A DNA stretch of 64,000 nt, taken from NCBI RefSeq assembly GCF_009914755.1, contig NC_060937.1, one strand, 5' to 3'. Shown piece after piece: positions 37,321 through 59,159 of the stretch; within the stretch, counting starts at the first letter, position 1; each line of letters opens with the position of its first letter. Origin of the DNA: the human T2T-CHM13v2.0 reference genome, Homo sapiens. Made by a program: the position numbers and the translations under genes. The notes beneath the pieces were generated by a model. That model did not search any database and had not been told where the DNA came from. It worked only from the letters and a program-made list of their open reading frames with translations.

Positions 37321-37827
37321 TAGTGGGTAGGGGAGTAACTAGCATAAGCCTGGCAAAAAGTCATACACTCAAATATTTTTTGTGATGACTATGAACTAGA
37401 CAGTGGGCTAGGGACACTAAAAAAATAAAGACACTTGGGTCCCAGCCACAGAGTTCACAGGCATGTAAATAAACAACTGCAACACATATAAGAGCACTAG
37501 GTCACTAGCACATAAGTCACTAGGTGGCACCTAACTGGTTAGTTGGTCAGAGAAAATGTCACAAGGTCTCATCCCAGTTTAAATTTTTAAAAAATCTAAT
37601 GTCTATAAAGAACACTTGGGGACAACTAGAAAAATCTGAATCTAAACTATATATATTCATGTTACAGCAATGTTGAATTCCTAAGTATGATCACTGCGGT
37701 TATTTGGAAGAATGTCCTTATTCTTAAAGACATATGCTGAAATATCTATTTTCAACGAAGGTACACTAGGCTAAAGATACCAAGAAATTGGAGGAGGGTC
37801 AGAGAACTTAAACAAATGTTTAAAACA

Positions 37828-38285
<458 letters not shown>

Positions 38286-38450
38286 TTATAAAGAAAATAA
38301 TATTGGAAATTTCCATAAGGAGAAATGAAGGCTTTTAAATGAACTTCCAAAAAGATAAAGATTTTGACTAGAATGAAAACGTATTTGTCACTAAATTCCC
38401 CATTTTCTAAAAACTAAATAGCACTCTTCTAAGATTCATAAGAAGGAAGT

Positions 38451-38459
38451 TCAAGGTCA
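38451..38459 (+). promoter_or_regulatory. ERR response element (TCAAGGTCA) in intron 1
   Basis: Exact match to the ERRalpha consensus, ~1.2 kb into the gene, in non-repeat sequence. Confidence 0.4.
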
Positions 38460-39474
38460 AAAAGTCACTTCTATCGGGAAGCAAACTCACAGAACTCACT
38501 ACCCCTAGGCTGAAAGTATGAACAACTTCAATAAAAATGAAAAAAAAAAAAAAAAGGTAGGGGCGGGAGGGCCCTAAATCAATTCATACTATGACATGTA
38601 TGAAGAGTTACTTCTGAAAAAAACCCAAAACTCTGGAATTGACTTAGGACACCAATAATGCCCTTCCACAGTTTTTTGTTGTCAAAGTTGGAAGGAAGAT
38701 GTTTGTTTTCGAAGTTGTGGAGCCAACTCAAGTACACGGCTTTAGAACCAGACACCTCTGGGATTAAATCTCAGCTTTGATCTTACCTCCTATATGACCT
38801 AGTCCAAATTACTTGTTCTCTTAACCATAATATGTTCAACAATGATGCAGGTGTTGAATGACTTCCTCACAGTTGCTGAAAAACCTGAGAAACTACACGT
38901 AAAGCGCTTAGCACATTACCTGGCACACATCAAATATTCAAAACAAGGCCAGTAACTATTATGCTATAGCCTATCCAGAAATAAGGCTATACAAAAGATT
39001 ATTTTCTTACCTCTCCAACTGGTTAGGTAGAAAACATAATCTTATTACTGCTATTAACAAGTAGAACAGTATACAACTACTTGGAGGAGAGGGGAAACTT
39101 CCCTACCTTGCCCCACAAAAGGCAAGTCAGTAAGCACCGCTGGTCCTCTGACATTCCCACCTATGACAGCTCCCAAGAAACACAAAAGTACTTTTGAAGG
39201 GCATTCCCCCCTGCCCAAAAAGGGGCGGCGCAAGTCTCAGCCCACCGTGCCAGACGCCGGAATGGCAGCAGAAAATGTCCTGACCCCCTCACCTCCACTC
39301 AGAGCCCACCTGCTCCCGCCCATCTCTTAGAAACTGCAGGAGCAGCCACGGCCGGGCCGCCGGGGATCCTCGCGGACTAAGGGCTGGGTCAGAGCCGCGC
39401 AAACATGGGCTCGCTCGTAGTCCTGGCGAGCAGCACTCCCAGGCAAGTCGCCCGAGGGCCTTGCAGGGCACTCA

Positions 39475-39759
<285 letters not shown>

Positions 39760-39786
39760 CTACGCCCCGCCTCGCGCCACCCGTTG

Positions 39787-39795
39787 GGGGCGGGG
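39787..39795. promoter_or_regulatory. GC box (Sp/KLF)
   Basis: GGGGCGGGG about 115 nt upstream of the ATG. Confidence 0.6.
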
Positions 39796-40089
39796 CCTCG
39801 GGTTAACACTGCAGCCGCTAGACCAGCTCCCTGGCGGCGCGGAGCAAGCTTTGACCTTTGGAACTGGGCACCGCAGCCCCAATATCTGCCCTGCGGTCAG
39901 AGCAACCTGAACACTTCCTAGTGAATTGCAATGTAAAGGTGACCAGCGCCGCCACTTGTGTGATCTTAACTTCTCTCAGCCTCAGTTGCCTCATCTGTAA
40001 AATGTGTTTCATTCAAGAAATGATTACCCAGTGTCTACTTCGTGCTAAACAGCCTTGAGCCCTTGGCCTACAGCAATGAATAAAACCAT

Positions 40090-40197
40090 TTGTGATGCTC
40101 AAAGAGAAGATGGTCGGTGTAACGCGCTTGTGATGCTCAAAGAGAAGATGGTCGGTGTCATGCGCTTCTGATGCTCAAAGAGATCGGTGTCACGCGC
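40090..40197. repeat. 38-bp tandem repeat x3 spanning the LTR7 junction
   Basis: Units 40090-40127, 40128-40165 and 40166-40197 (the last lacks 6 bp). Confidence 0.95.
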
Positions 40198-40591
40198 ATC
40201 CGTGTGAAGACACCGCCAAACAGGGTGTGAGCAATAAGGCTGTTTATTTTAACTGGGTGCAGGCGGGCTGAGTCCGAAAAGAGAGTCAGCAAAGGGAGAT
40301 AGGGGTGGGGCTGTTTTATAGGATTTGGATGGGTAGCGGAAAATTACAAAGGGGGTTTTTCTCTTACCGGCAGGGGCGGGGGTCACAAGGTGCTCAGTGG
40401 GGGAGGTTCTGAGCCAGGAGAAGGAATTTCACAAGGTTAATCACTCAGTTAAGGTGGGGCAGGAACAAATCACAATGGTGGAATGTCATCAGTTAAGGCA
40501 GGAGCCGGCCAATTTCCCTTCTTTTGTGATTCTTCACTTGCTTCAGGCCATCTGGATGTACACGTGCAGGCTTGGGCTCAGAGGCCTGACA
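40188..40591 (-). mobile_element. solo LTR7-family (HERV-H; LTR7C-like) LTR
   Basis: Minus strand starts TGTCAGGCCTCTGAGCCCAAGCCTGCACG and ends GCGCGTGACA. TATA box CCTATAAAA, AATAAA present. 5-bp TSD (G/A)TCGG. Confidence 0.92.
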
Positions 40592-40659
40592 GTCGGCCAC
40601 TAGTTACCAAAGCTGGTGGCAGGCTGGAGTCTCCAGGGAAGCTATTGATTGATTGATTG

Positions 40660-40952
40660 ACTGATTGACAGGGTCTTGGTCTGTCACCCAGGCTGGAGTG
40701 CAGTGACGCGATCACAGCTCACTGCAGCCTCAACCTCCCATGCTCAAGGGATCCTCCCACCTCAGCCTCTGGAGTAGTTTGGGACCACAGATGTGTGTCA
40801 CCAGGCTTGGTTGATTTTTTTATTTTATTTTTTTAGGGACAGAATCTCTCTATGTTGCCCAGGCTGGTCTCCAACTCGTGGGTTCAAGCGATCCTCCTGC
40901 CTCAGTCTCCCAAAGTGCTGGGATGACAGGTGTGGGCAACCACACCCAGCCA
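40660..40952 (-). mobile_element. AluJ with a (GATT)n tail
   Basis: Reverse diverged dimer. Confidence 0.9.
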
Positions 40953-41660
40953 AGGATCTGGTTTTTGAAAACATAAATAAATTTAACAAACCTCCAGCAA
41001 GACTGCAAAGAAAAAAGAAAAAGAGAAGACACAAATTACCAATGTGAGGAACATACCAGGGAATATAATTACAGAACCTTCAGACACCAAAAAGGAATGC
41101 CATAAATAACACCACATAACATAAATTTGACAACTTTGACAAGATGAGCGAATTCTTCAGAAGGCACAAATTACTACAAATAACCTAATATGAAAAGGAT
41201 AATTTAAATAGTCCTCTAACTAGAGAAAATTGTAATTGTAATTTTTAAACTAAAAAAAAAAAAAACCTGAGATCTCCAGGCCCAAAAGCTTTCACTGATG
41301 AATTCTATAAAATGTTTACACAAGAATTAACACCAATTCCATACAGCCTCTTCCAGAAGATAGAAGAGGAAGGAACAGTTGCCAATGTACTGTATGAAGT
41401 TAGAATCACCCCACTACCAAAGCCAGCAAAAGACCGTACAAAAAGAAAAAAATACCAACACTTCTCATGAATATTGATGGAAAAATCCATAGCAAAATAT
41501 TAGCAAATATAATTCAGAAATATATAAAAAGAATTGTACAATATGACCAAGTGGGATATATTCCAGAGATGTAAGTTTGTTTTAATATTTGAAAATATGT
41601 GTAATGCACTATATTAAGTTAGAAAAATCACATGATAATTTCGATCAAAACAAAAAAAGT

Positions 41661-42292
<632 letters not shown>

Positions 42293-42575
42293 TCATTCAT
42301 GATTAAAAACTCAGATAAACAGGAATAGAGGGGAACTTCCTCATCTTGATAAACCGGATTACAAAAAACTTACGGCTAATATACTTAATGGTGAGAGAAG
42401 ACTGAATGCTCTTCTCATAAGACTGGGAGCAAGGCAAGGGTGTTCGCTCTCACCACTTTTATTCAATATAGTGCTGGGAGTTCTTGTCAGTGCAATAGAC
42501 AAGAAAAGCAATTACAAACATATGGAGTGAAAAGAAAGAAAGAAAACTCTCACTATTTACAGATAACATAATTGT

Positions 42576-43420
42576 TGCTATAGTTTGGATATCTGACCAT
42601 CCAAACCTCATGGTGAAATCTGATTCTCCAATGTTAGAGGTGGGGCCTGGTGGAAGGTGTTTGGATCACGGAGGCCGATCCCTCATGAAGGGCTTGGTGC
42701 TGTCCTCTGGGTAATGAGAAGTTCTCATTGTATTGGCTCCTGTGAGAGTTCTCCCAAGAACTCATTGTTAAAAACAGCCTAGCACCTTCCCTCTTTCTCT
42801 CTCTCACTTCTGCTCTCTTCCAGTGTGATCTCTGCACATGCCAGCTCCCATTCACCCTCTGCCATTTGGGGAAGTTTCCTGAGTCCCTCACCAGAAGCAG
42901 AGGCTGGCTCTAGGCTTTTTGTTTAGCCTGCAGAACCATGAGCCAAATAAACCTTTTTTCTTTATGAATTACCAACCCTCAGGTAATTTATACACAATTT
43001 TCACACGCGTCCATGTGAAGAGACCACCAAACTCACTTTGTGTGAGCAATAAAGCTTTTTAATCACCTGGGTGCAGGCGGGCTGAGTCGGAAAAGAGAGT
43101 CAGCAAAGGGAAATAGGGGTGGGGCCGTTTTATAGGATTTGGGTAGGTAAAGCAAAATTACAGTCAAAGGGGGTTGTTCTCTGGCAGGCTGGGGTGGGGG
43201 TCACAAGGTGCTCAGTGGGGGAGGTTCTGAGCCAGGAGAAGGAATTTCACAAGGTTAATCGCTCAGTTAAGGTGGGGCAGGAACAAATCACAATGGTGGA
43301 ATGTCATCAGTTAAGGCAGGAACAGGCCATTTTCACTTCTTTTGTGAATCTTCAGTTACTTCAGGCCATCTGGATGAATACGTGCAGACTTGGGCTCAGA
43401 GGCCTGACAAGAATAAGATG
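42576..43420 (+). mobile_element. MST (MSTB-like) MaLR LTR, 3' end interrupted by LTR7
   Basis: Starts TGCTATAGTTTGGAT, contains GCCTGCAGAACCATGAGCCAAATAAA. TSD ATTGT on both sides. Confidence 0.85.
42999..43409 (-). mobile_element. solo LTR7-family (HERV-H; LTR7C-like) LTR
   Basis: Same family and orientation as 40188-40591. Has its own TSD ACAAT/AGAAT. Confidence 0.92.
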
Positions 43421-44385
43421 ATTGTCTGTGTATAAAATCCCAAACATTTTACCAAAAAAAAAAAAAAAAAAAACTCTTTGAATTGATAAGTGAGCCCTGC
43501 AAGATCTCAGGAAACAAGAAAAATATACAAAAATCAATTGTATTTCTAGGTACAAGCAATGAACACATGGACCCAAATCGAAAATACAATACCACCTAAA
43601 ATTCCTTTTAAAAATGAAATGCATGTAAATCTAATAAAACATGAACAGGACTTACCTGCTGAAAACTACACAATACTGATGACATAAATCAAAGAAGATA
43701 AATAAGTGAAGAGATATTACCATGTTAATGGATTGGAAGACCTAACACAGTAAAGATGTCAATTCTTCCCCAAATTGATATATACATTTAATGTATTTCT
43801 ATTAAAATTCAAGCAAAACTTTTTATACATACAGATGTAGTATTATAAACTTTATGTGAAAAGACAAACTAGAATAGCTGAAACAATTTTGAAAAGAACA
43901 AAGTGGGAAGAAACAGTCTGAGTTCAACATTTACTATAATAGCTACAATAATCAAGACTGTGTGGTATTGCTGGAGAGAGAGACACATAGATTGATGAAA
44001 CTTAATAAGAAACCTAAAAATAGGCTCACACAAATATGCCCAACTGATTTTTGACAAAGGTGCAAAAGTAATTCAACGGAGGAAATATGGTCTTTTAAAC
44101 AAATGGTGCTGGAGGAATTGGACATCCATAAGCAAGCAAACAATCAAAAAGAGCCCTGACCAAAATCTCACATATTATACAAAACTTAACTCAAAATTAC
44201 CTTAACTGTAAAACACAAAACCATAAAACATTTAGAAAAAAATAGGAGAAAATTTCAAGATCTAAAACTAGGTAAAGAATTCTTAGACAACACCAAAAGC
44301 ATGATCCATAAAACAAAAATTGATAAATTGTGCCCCATCAAAATAAAAGCTTTGGCTTTGCAAAAGGCCATGTTAAGGTAAAAAT

Positions 44386-44675
<290 letters not shown>

Positions 44676-45310
44676 GGATAAAAAGTCAAGCTACACACAG
44701 AGGAAAAATATTTGCAAACCACATCCAACAAAGCTAATACATAGAATATATGAATTACTTTCAAACACAACATATAAAAGCAAATAATCCAATTATAAAA
44801 TAGGCAAAAAACATGAACATATATTTTCCCAAGGAGGACATATAAACAGCAAATAAGCACATGAAAAGATGTTCAACATCTTTAGACATTGGGGGAAATA
44901 AAAATTAAAACAACAATGTGGTATTACTACACACCTGTCAGATTAGCTAAAATAAAAAGTAGTGCAATAAAAATGCTGACATGGGCATGAATCATTCACA
45001 CATTGCTGGTGGGAATGTAAAATGGGAAACAGTTTGTCAGTTTCTTCAAAAAACTAAACATGCAACTACGGTACAACCCAGGAAATGCACTCCTGGGCAT
45101 TTATCCCAGTGAAAGGAAGACCTGTGTTCACACAAAAACCTGTACACTAATGTTTATAGCAGCATTATTCATAGTAGCCAAAAATTAGAAATAATTCTGA
45201 TGTCCTCTAATTAATGAATAGCTAAACAAATTGTGATAAATTCATACCACAGAATACTAAGAAATAAAAAGGAATAAACGATTAATACATTCAGAATTCT
45301 ACTGAGTTTA

Positions 45311-45956
<646 letters not shown>

Positions 45957-46347
45957 TATATGATTTCATTTAAATAACATTCTCAAAATGACAAAATGGA
46001 GAACAAATTAGTAGGTGCCAGAATGAGAGAGAGGTATGGGAGAGAAGTATGGCTATAAAAGGACAACAAGAGGGATCCTTATTAGTGATGGAAATGTTCT
46101 GTATCTAGACTGTATCAATATCTTAGTTATGATGTTACTATTGTTGGAAACTAAGTAAAGGGTCCAAGGGATCACTCTGTATTATTTCCTACAACTGCAT
46201 GTGAACCTATAATTATCTCAACCTATAATTATCTACCTATAATGAATGTAAACATTAAAAAAGAATGTATCATATTACAAGTCATTAATAAAATAAAAAT
46301 TCATGGGCCCATAATTTAAAACTTAAATTTATTAAAATGGGGGGAAA

Positions 46348-46543
46348 GGCCGAGCATGGTGGCTCACGCCTGTAATCCCAGCACTTTGGGAGGCTGAGGT
46401 GGGCGGATCACAAGGTCAGGAGTTCAAGACCAGCCTGACCAACATGGTAAAACCCCGTCTCTACTAAAAATACAAATATTGGCTAGGCGTGTTGGCGTGT
46501 GCCTGTAATCCCAGCTACTCAGGAGGCTGAGGAAGGAGAATTG
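46348..46543 (+). mobile_element. Alu, 3'-truncated
   Basis: Stops abruptly after GGAGAATTG. No tail or TSD. Confidence 0.9.
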
Positions 46544-46714
46544 TCTTAGCCGATAAGTGACGGAGCTGACCTTCTAAACCAGACTTGGTGACTCTAGCTG
46601 CAGAATTTTCCCCACAATACCACATTTCCTCTCTGCCCTGCCAATGGAATACAGAAAGATCTACTTCTTTTCTTCCTCCTTAATATGTCTGTAGCCTGTA
46701 ATCTCTTGATCCGT

Positions 46715-46803
46715 CTACCGGGTCCCTCCCACAACAGGGAGGAATTATGGGAGCCACTATTCAAAACAAGATTTGGGTGGGGACTCAGAGCCAAACTCTA
46801 TCA
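46715..46803 (-). mobile_element. THE1/MST LTR fragment (5' ~90 bp only)
   Basis: GGTCCCTCCCACAAC..ATTATGGGAGC..GATTTGGGTGGGGAC..GCCAAAC..TATCA. Confidence 0.8.
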
Positions 46804-48731
46804 GGATTCAATGCAAGGGACAACTCATCTTGGAACCCTTTCCTGACTGCCTCTGCCTACCTCTCATGCTCCACTCTCACCGTGGCTGAGGCAGAAGTTG
46901 TTGTGCTGTGTATGCCTTTTCATAGCACATATCACATTATATTGAAATCACTGGGGTATTTGACCTCTTTTCCTCTCCAGACTTGAGCTCCTTGAAGGCA
47001 AGTCTATGCGCTTGATCTTTGGTGCTGATTCAGTGTCAAGAAGTTAAGTGCTGAATGAATGAAGAAATTTAACCAAAAAATAACTATTGAGTGAATGCCA
47101 GCTCTGTTCCAGCTGTGGATCTAAGCAGCTGAAGGTCCAATGGCAAGCAAAAATCCACACAGCATCACTGTTCACGTGACTTACACTCTACTTGGAGTGC
47201 AGACACGAGTTAAATACCCACACTAATGAATAAATAACTAAAACTAAAATATGTGCTTTGCAGGATGAAGAGTACAGCTCAACAAGAGCAGTTAAAAAGG
47301 ACCATGACCTTGACTATTTTTGTTCCTTTCATTTTGATTTCATTTGTTTATTTGTTTGGATTTTAGATGGAAGAGATCTGAGTATGATTAAGACTTAATG
47401 GGAATAATTCAGGTGCATGTGAGAGGTTAAATAATAGCAAACAATAAAAGGAGAGAAAATGATTAAATAACACAGTATGCCTCTTGAGGATAGAAAGAAT
47501 TCTGCAACTCTTGTCGAGACACTAGCCTGGATGAGAGAAGAAACACCTCTCCTGAAGCCACAGGAGGGAAAACTGAGGAAGTAGATGCAGAGGTAGGTAG
47601 AGGGTAGGTTTTGTACAAGTAAATTGAATGAGGTCCTGTCAAAAGCTTAGATTTTGTCTGAGTGAAAGGAGTCAAAATGATCTACTGGAAATTAGGTGAA
47701 AGGTGAGGGAGTCAGAAATTTGAAGGGAGTGAAGAGGGTTTGAAGTTTTCATTATAGAGTGCAGGAAAGAAAGTTAACAGAAAAAAGCAGCAGGATTGCT
47801 GGGGTGTGTTAAGAACCATCTGAGGTTGGTGATGGTGACTATATACCTACAAAAATGTGCCTATTGTGTAATTTTTCTCCAGCAGCCTGGGAGGCCCGGG
47901 GCAAACACAGGGAAAGCAAACCATTGTGTTCATTCAGGGTGTGGTTTTGCCAAATTGTAATGAGGAAGTGGCAGTGGGTCAAGGCAATTTAGAGTATTTG
48001 GTGAGAATGTTATTGAAATAAAAGACCATGAATCCAAGAGGAGAAGCCTGATGGACTGGAAGGAGTAAAGGAGAGGGGGCAGTAGTGGACTGGAGGACCC
48101 AAGGAGATTAAAGAACAACAATAGCGAAAATGGTTGAATATGAGGCTAGAAGGGAAAGTAGAAGCATGGCTTGTGGAAAGTGGGGTGGTGGAGCTACCCC
48201 GAACGTTCTCCAAACATTGCACTTCTTCAACAATGTTCAGGATATTAAAATTATGATGAAAAGGTATTAGAGGATACAGCATGAAAGCTAGGCAGTGAGA
48301 GCCAAGATGCAAAGACAAGTAGTAAAAGGTGATGACTTTTTAGCATCCTTGTTGCTCCTCTGTCAATCACTATTAGCACAGGCCTCAGATTACACTCTAC
48401 GCTCTACCCCCTCCCAGGTTCCATCCTCCCAGGGTCAGAGACCGGCTGGGACTGTTAAGAGGGGAGGGCATGGTTACAGATCAAAATGCTTAAATTTGCT
48501 ATTTTGAAGGTAGAAGGTCCAGGTGATAACAGTGTCGTGGAAGTACATGGAAGAGGTAGAGAGATTAGTGGAAATGAGGAAACTGGAGTTTTTGAGGGCC
48601 CTCCACGGAAGGTGAGGGCACACTGGAAAGAGAAGTCTGTGAGCCACACATCTAAGTCTTTGTTGAATGATAGAGTGTAACCTGGAGGCAAGTATGGGAC
48701 AGGGACTAGGAAAGAGTCAAAAGGTATGACT

Positions 48732-49160
<429 letters not shown>

Positions 49161-49463
49161 CTAAACGTAGAGAAAGAGACATGTTAGAAGAATCATTGCC
49201 TACGCTGTGCTCCAGTGGACTGTGTCAGCTCAAAAGGTATGCCTTTCAAATTGTTCAGACCCACACTCTGGGCTAGCTTGGCCTTGTCTGGGAAAGTGCT
49301 GACCTCAGGAAAAACCAGATTTCAGTTAAGATAAGTTGATGAAGAGATGGAGGAAAAAGGCTATTTCTGGTATAGTAGAATAAATAAATATTCATTCATT
49401 TAAGAGAAAACAGATTGGCCGCCTCTAAGATTGTGTTTTATCACTTGACTAAAAGCTGTGTGA

Positions 49464-50254
<791 letters not shown>

Positions 50255-51212
50255 AAAGTCTATACTCTCAAGAGAAGCTTTGCAAAATGCCTCTGTCCCT
50301 GACTTCCAAAGTCATTGTTTCAGAAATTCTCTGGAAAGCTTCCTCCCCAGGTGAGCTTTCAAGTACTATAGCAGAGGCTGAGCAGTAGTGGAAATAGGGG
50401 AGAGAAAGAGAGGAAGAGAGAAATAGGAGAGAAAGAGAGACCTGTTAGAAGAGGGTGTAACTAGGAATCACCTGAACTCAAAGGTGGAAATTCAGGTCTC
50501 AATTAATTTTATTCTAAGTTTTATCTGAAGGAAAGAGCAGTGGCTAGATAAGACACTTGCTAATTCTTAGAAGGACTGGAAAGAAATACAGCATAATGTT
50601 AAAAATACCATTGTGGTCTCTGGCTAGGAGACATTTTTTCTTCTTTGTACAATTCTTTATATCTGTATTGTCTATATCGAATATATATAATTTTGATATT
50701 TAGAAAAACTGTAGAAAAATATTTATGCCCTGTTAAAATTCCTCACAAGCACATAACAGCTATTTTTAGGGTAAAATTGGTTGCAAACTAAAGGAATTAC
50801 AAAGCTCCAAAATAAATTATCTCCAATAATTTCAGTAGTAGTACAGTAATGATGAAGAATCAATATAGTAAATTTCATAAAAATGAAACGTGTTAGAAAA
50901 GCAAACAACATGCTAAAACACCAGCTGTGTGACTTAATGTCAATACGTATCACAAAACACCATCTACAGTATATAAAAGAGAAAATTCAGAGCTGCAGGA
51001 AAACTTGTTACCTATAATGGGAGGAAGATACACATTTTAGGAAATCAGCATGACAAGCTACTAAAGTGGAAATAAGTAAATAACTATTATTTTCAAATAG
51101 TTTCAGAGTAATATTAGTCACTAGATGAGAATTTTTAAATTAAACACAATTTTTCCTTAAAGTATCAACAAGGATATATCCTCTATTTCAGCACAACTAA
51201 GAACCAAAAATG

Positions 51213-51640
51213 TGTATTAGTCTGCTTTAGCTAGATTGTGCTACAGTAACAAACAGCCCCGTAAATCTCAGTGGCTTACAACAATAGTGTATTTCTCACT
51301 CATGTTACATGTTAGGGGCTGCAGGTTGGCTATGGCTTCACTCCATCTTTCTTCTCATTCTAGGACTTAGGCTGAACAAACAGTCTCTACTGAGACATAT
51401 TCTCAAGTCTGAGGAAAATATTGACTTACTGGCAAACAGCAAAGACTCAAAGCTTCTACTAAGAATTGGATATTGCAACCTCATTTTATTGGTCAAAGGA
51501 AGTCACGTTGCTAAGCCTGATACTATGGCAGGGGTGTATACTCCTTCCAAGGGATGCACTAAATTCACATGGCCTTGGACAGAGATGTGCAATCCTTTTA
51601 TAGGGAAAGGGACAATGAATATTTGGCATAATAATATAAT
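51213..51640. mobile_element. old MLT1 MaLR LTR
   Basis: TGTATTAGT..GCTACAGTAACAAACAGCCCC..ATCTCAGTGGCTTACAACA motifs. Confidence 0.7.
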
Positions 51641-51710
51641 CCATCCCAAAATTCATTCACTTACAGAGCATTTACTATGGTGGTAAACACTAGAAAAGTG
51701 CAGTGAAGAA

Positions 51711-52048
<338 letters not shown>

Positions 52049-52216
52049 TTAGTGGATAGCTACCATAGAATGTTTGCTATAGATATATACCACACTATAT
52101 CCTGTACTTATGGATCCCATTTAAGCCTTTCAGTAGCTCTATAATGTATTATAGGTATTTATCATTCTTATTTTATTTAAGGGAAAACTGAAGTTTTCCA
52201 ATTAGCCCAAAGTATG

Positions 52217-53262
<1,046 letters not shown>

Positions 53263-53577
53263 AGGAAGAAAGGACAGAACAGAAATATATATACAAGCCT
53301 ATCTGTTTCCAAAGCCTTGTTCTTTCTATTAAGCTATACCTCCCTCTCTGGGATGGAAGAGGGATCTTGAAAAGTCAGGTACTCCATTCACGCAAAATGA
53401 ATCTAACAGATATTTACTGGGTGACCAGTTTAGCACGTGTCAGGCACTTTACTATGTTTAGATGCACTGTATTGAACAAGAAGGAAATAGCTCTGTCATC
53501 AAACAGCTTACAGTGTAATGGCTAGGGGAAAGGAGTAACGAGTAATAATTACATAAAAAAAGAATGTATTATTTTAC

Positions 53578-53683
53578 CCTTGATCCCAGGAGGTCAAGGC
53601 TGCAGTGAGCCGTGCTTGTACCACTGCACTCCAGCCTAGGCAACAGAGCAAGACCCTGTCTCAAAAACAAAAAACAAAAAAAG
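53578..53683 (+). mobile_element. 5'-truncated AluJ right-arm piece
   Basis: TSD ~AAAAAAAGAATnnATTATTTTAC. Confidence 0.85.
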
Positions 53684-53948
53684 AATTCATTATTTTACAT
53701 TGTTATGAGAGATACAAAGAAATCCAACATAATTATGAGAAAACTATGGGATAGAAGAAAAACAGGGAGTTAGAAAAGGAGCTCTAGTGTAAGTAGAGGT
53801 GTAAGGGGAGTAAGCAAGTCCTCTCTAAAGAAATGGTGCCAGTTGTGGTCTCCAGAAAACAGAGGTTGAGATGGAGTTAGGAGTGCAACGCGTTTAGTAA
53901 AGAGTAATACTTGTTTTCCAGAAGGTGAGAAAGAAATATTGGACAGAG

Positions 53949-56223
<2,275 letters not shown>

Positions 56224-56470
56224 AAAGAAATATTGGACAGAGGAATCATCAAATCATAACCTGACAAGAAGCCAGAAAGACCGGAGCCCAACACGGAGCT
56301 CTGGAGCAGAGATTGCCTGTTAGAGGAATTCCATATTGGGTGGAAATGCCTTGTACCACTGATTCTGACAATAATCACAGTCACTGGCTGGGGACACCCT
56401 GAGAAAAGTGTGACCTCAGTTCAAATAGAGGGGGACCCTGAAGGAGCCACCACTGGACACTGTTGCCTAA

Positions 56471-58305
<1,835 letters not shown>

Positions 58306-58363
58306 CTGTGGCTCAAGACACTAGAGATTGTTGGGATGGCTTCAAACAGGCCATATATCTGGA

Positions 58364-58503
58364 GCAGGTCTGAATTCATGGATGTGTGACCTGTGCTTAC
58401 GCAATAATAAAAAGGTCCCACCATCTTGAAGTTCTCAACAAATTTCAAATAAGGAGTTCCACATTTTTATCATTGGGCCCTTCAAATTATGTAGCCAGTC
58501 CCT
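58364..58503 (+). mobile_element. MER91-like hAT MITE
   Basis: TTCATGGATGTGTGACCTGTGC ... GGGCCC..AAATTATGTAGCCAGTCC. Confidence 0.6.
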
Positions 58504-58657
58504 CACTTCTGGTTGTCAGTTGGGTTCTTCATTCTTCTCTACCTTTTGTCTGCATACACAGAAATGTCAAAGATGACTTCTTTATGCACATATCTCGTTG
58601 CCTGTGTTGGAATGGATGAAAAAGTTACGGATGGCCAAGCATCTTTGTCCCTTTCTC

Positions 58658-58706
58658 CTGTTTTTTTTTTTAGATGATGTCGTTTATTTAAAATGTTTAC
58701 TCCAAG

Positions 58707-58754
<48 letters not shown>

Positions 58755-59159
58755 AGACAATTATAGCACTAAACCAGTCACCTTCAGCCAAATCACAACC
58801 TCCTCTTTGATTCCCCTTCACGCTAAGCCTCTTTCAAATTCTTTTTCCTGAGCTGGAAGACCAGTCAGATGCCCGCGGGGTCGTGCCAAGCACGTTCCCA
58901 GCCGGACAACTGTGTACCTTTCTCTAGGAATGCACGACACTCTTCCCCCCCAACTCCTTGTTTTAAAGGATTTAACCCATTAGGAAACCCATTTTTCAAT
59001 CTAAGCCAGAAGGAGGTGCAGGACAAGGCAGTCTTCACTTTGAAGGTCCATTTCCTGCTCCAGTCCTTGGGCTAGGGTTCTAGAAGAGGCTGGCTGCCGA
59101 GTTTACATGAGGCCACTGAAGATCTAAGTCCAGCTCCGCCCAGGGCGGCTCCTGAAAAG
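58658..59159 (-). pseudogene. processed retrocopy of an mRNA 3'UTR only, probably EIF4H
   Basis: Minus strand has AATAAA (58683-58688) then a polyA remnant (T11 at 58661-58671). 15-bp TSD CTTTGTCCsTTTCTC at 58643-58657 and 59160-59174. Parent gene assigned from memory of the EIF4H 3'UTR. Confidence 0.75.
58709..58748. repeat. (AT)20 microsatellite
   Basis: Perfect AT dinucleotide run inside the retrocopy. Confidence 0.97.

Noticed and set aside
40090-40197. CRISPR-like array
   Set aside because: The units are directly adjacent with no unique spacers, the context is eukaryotic, and junction duplication explains them.
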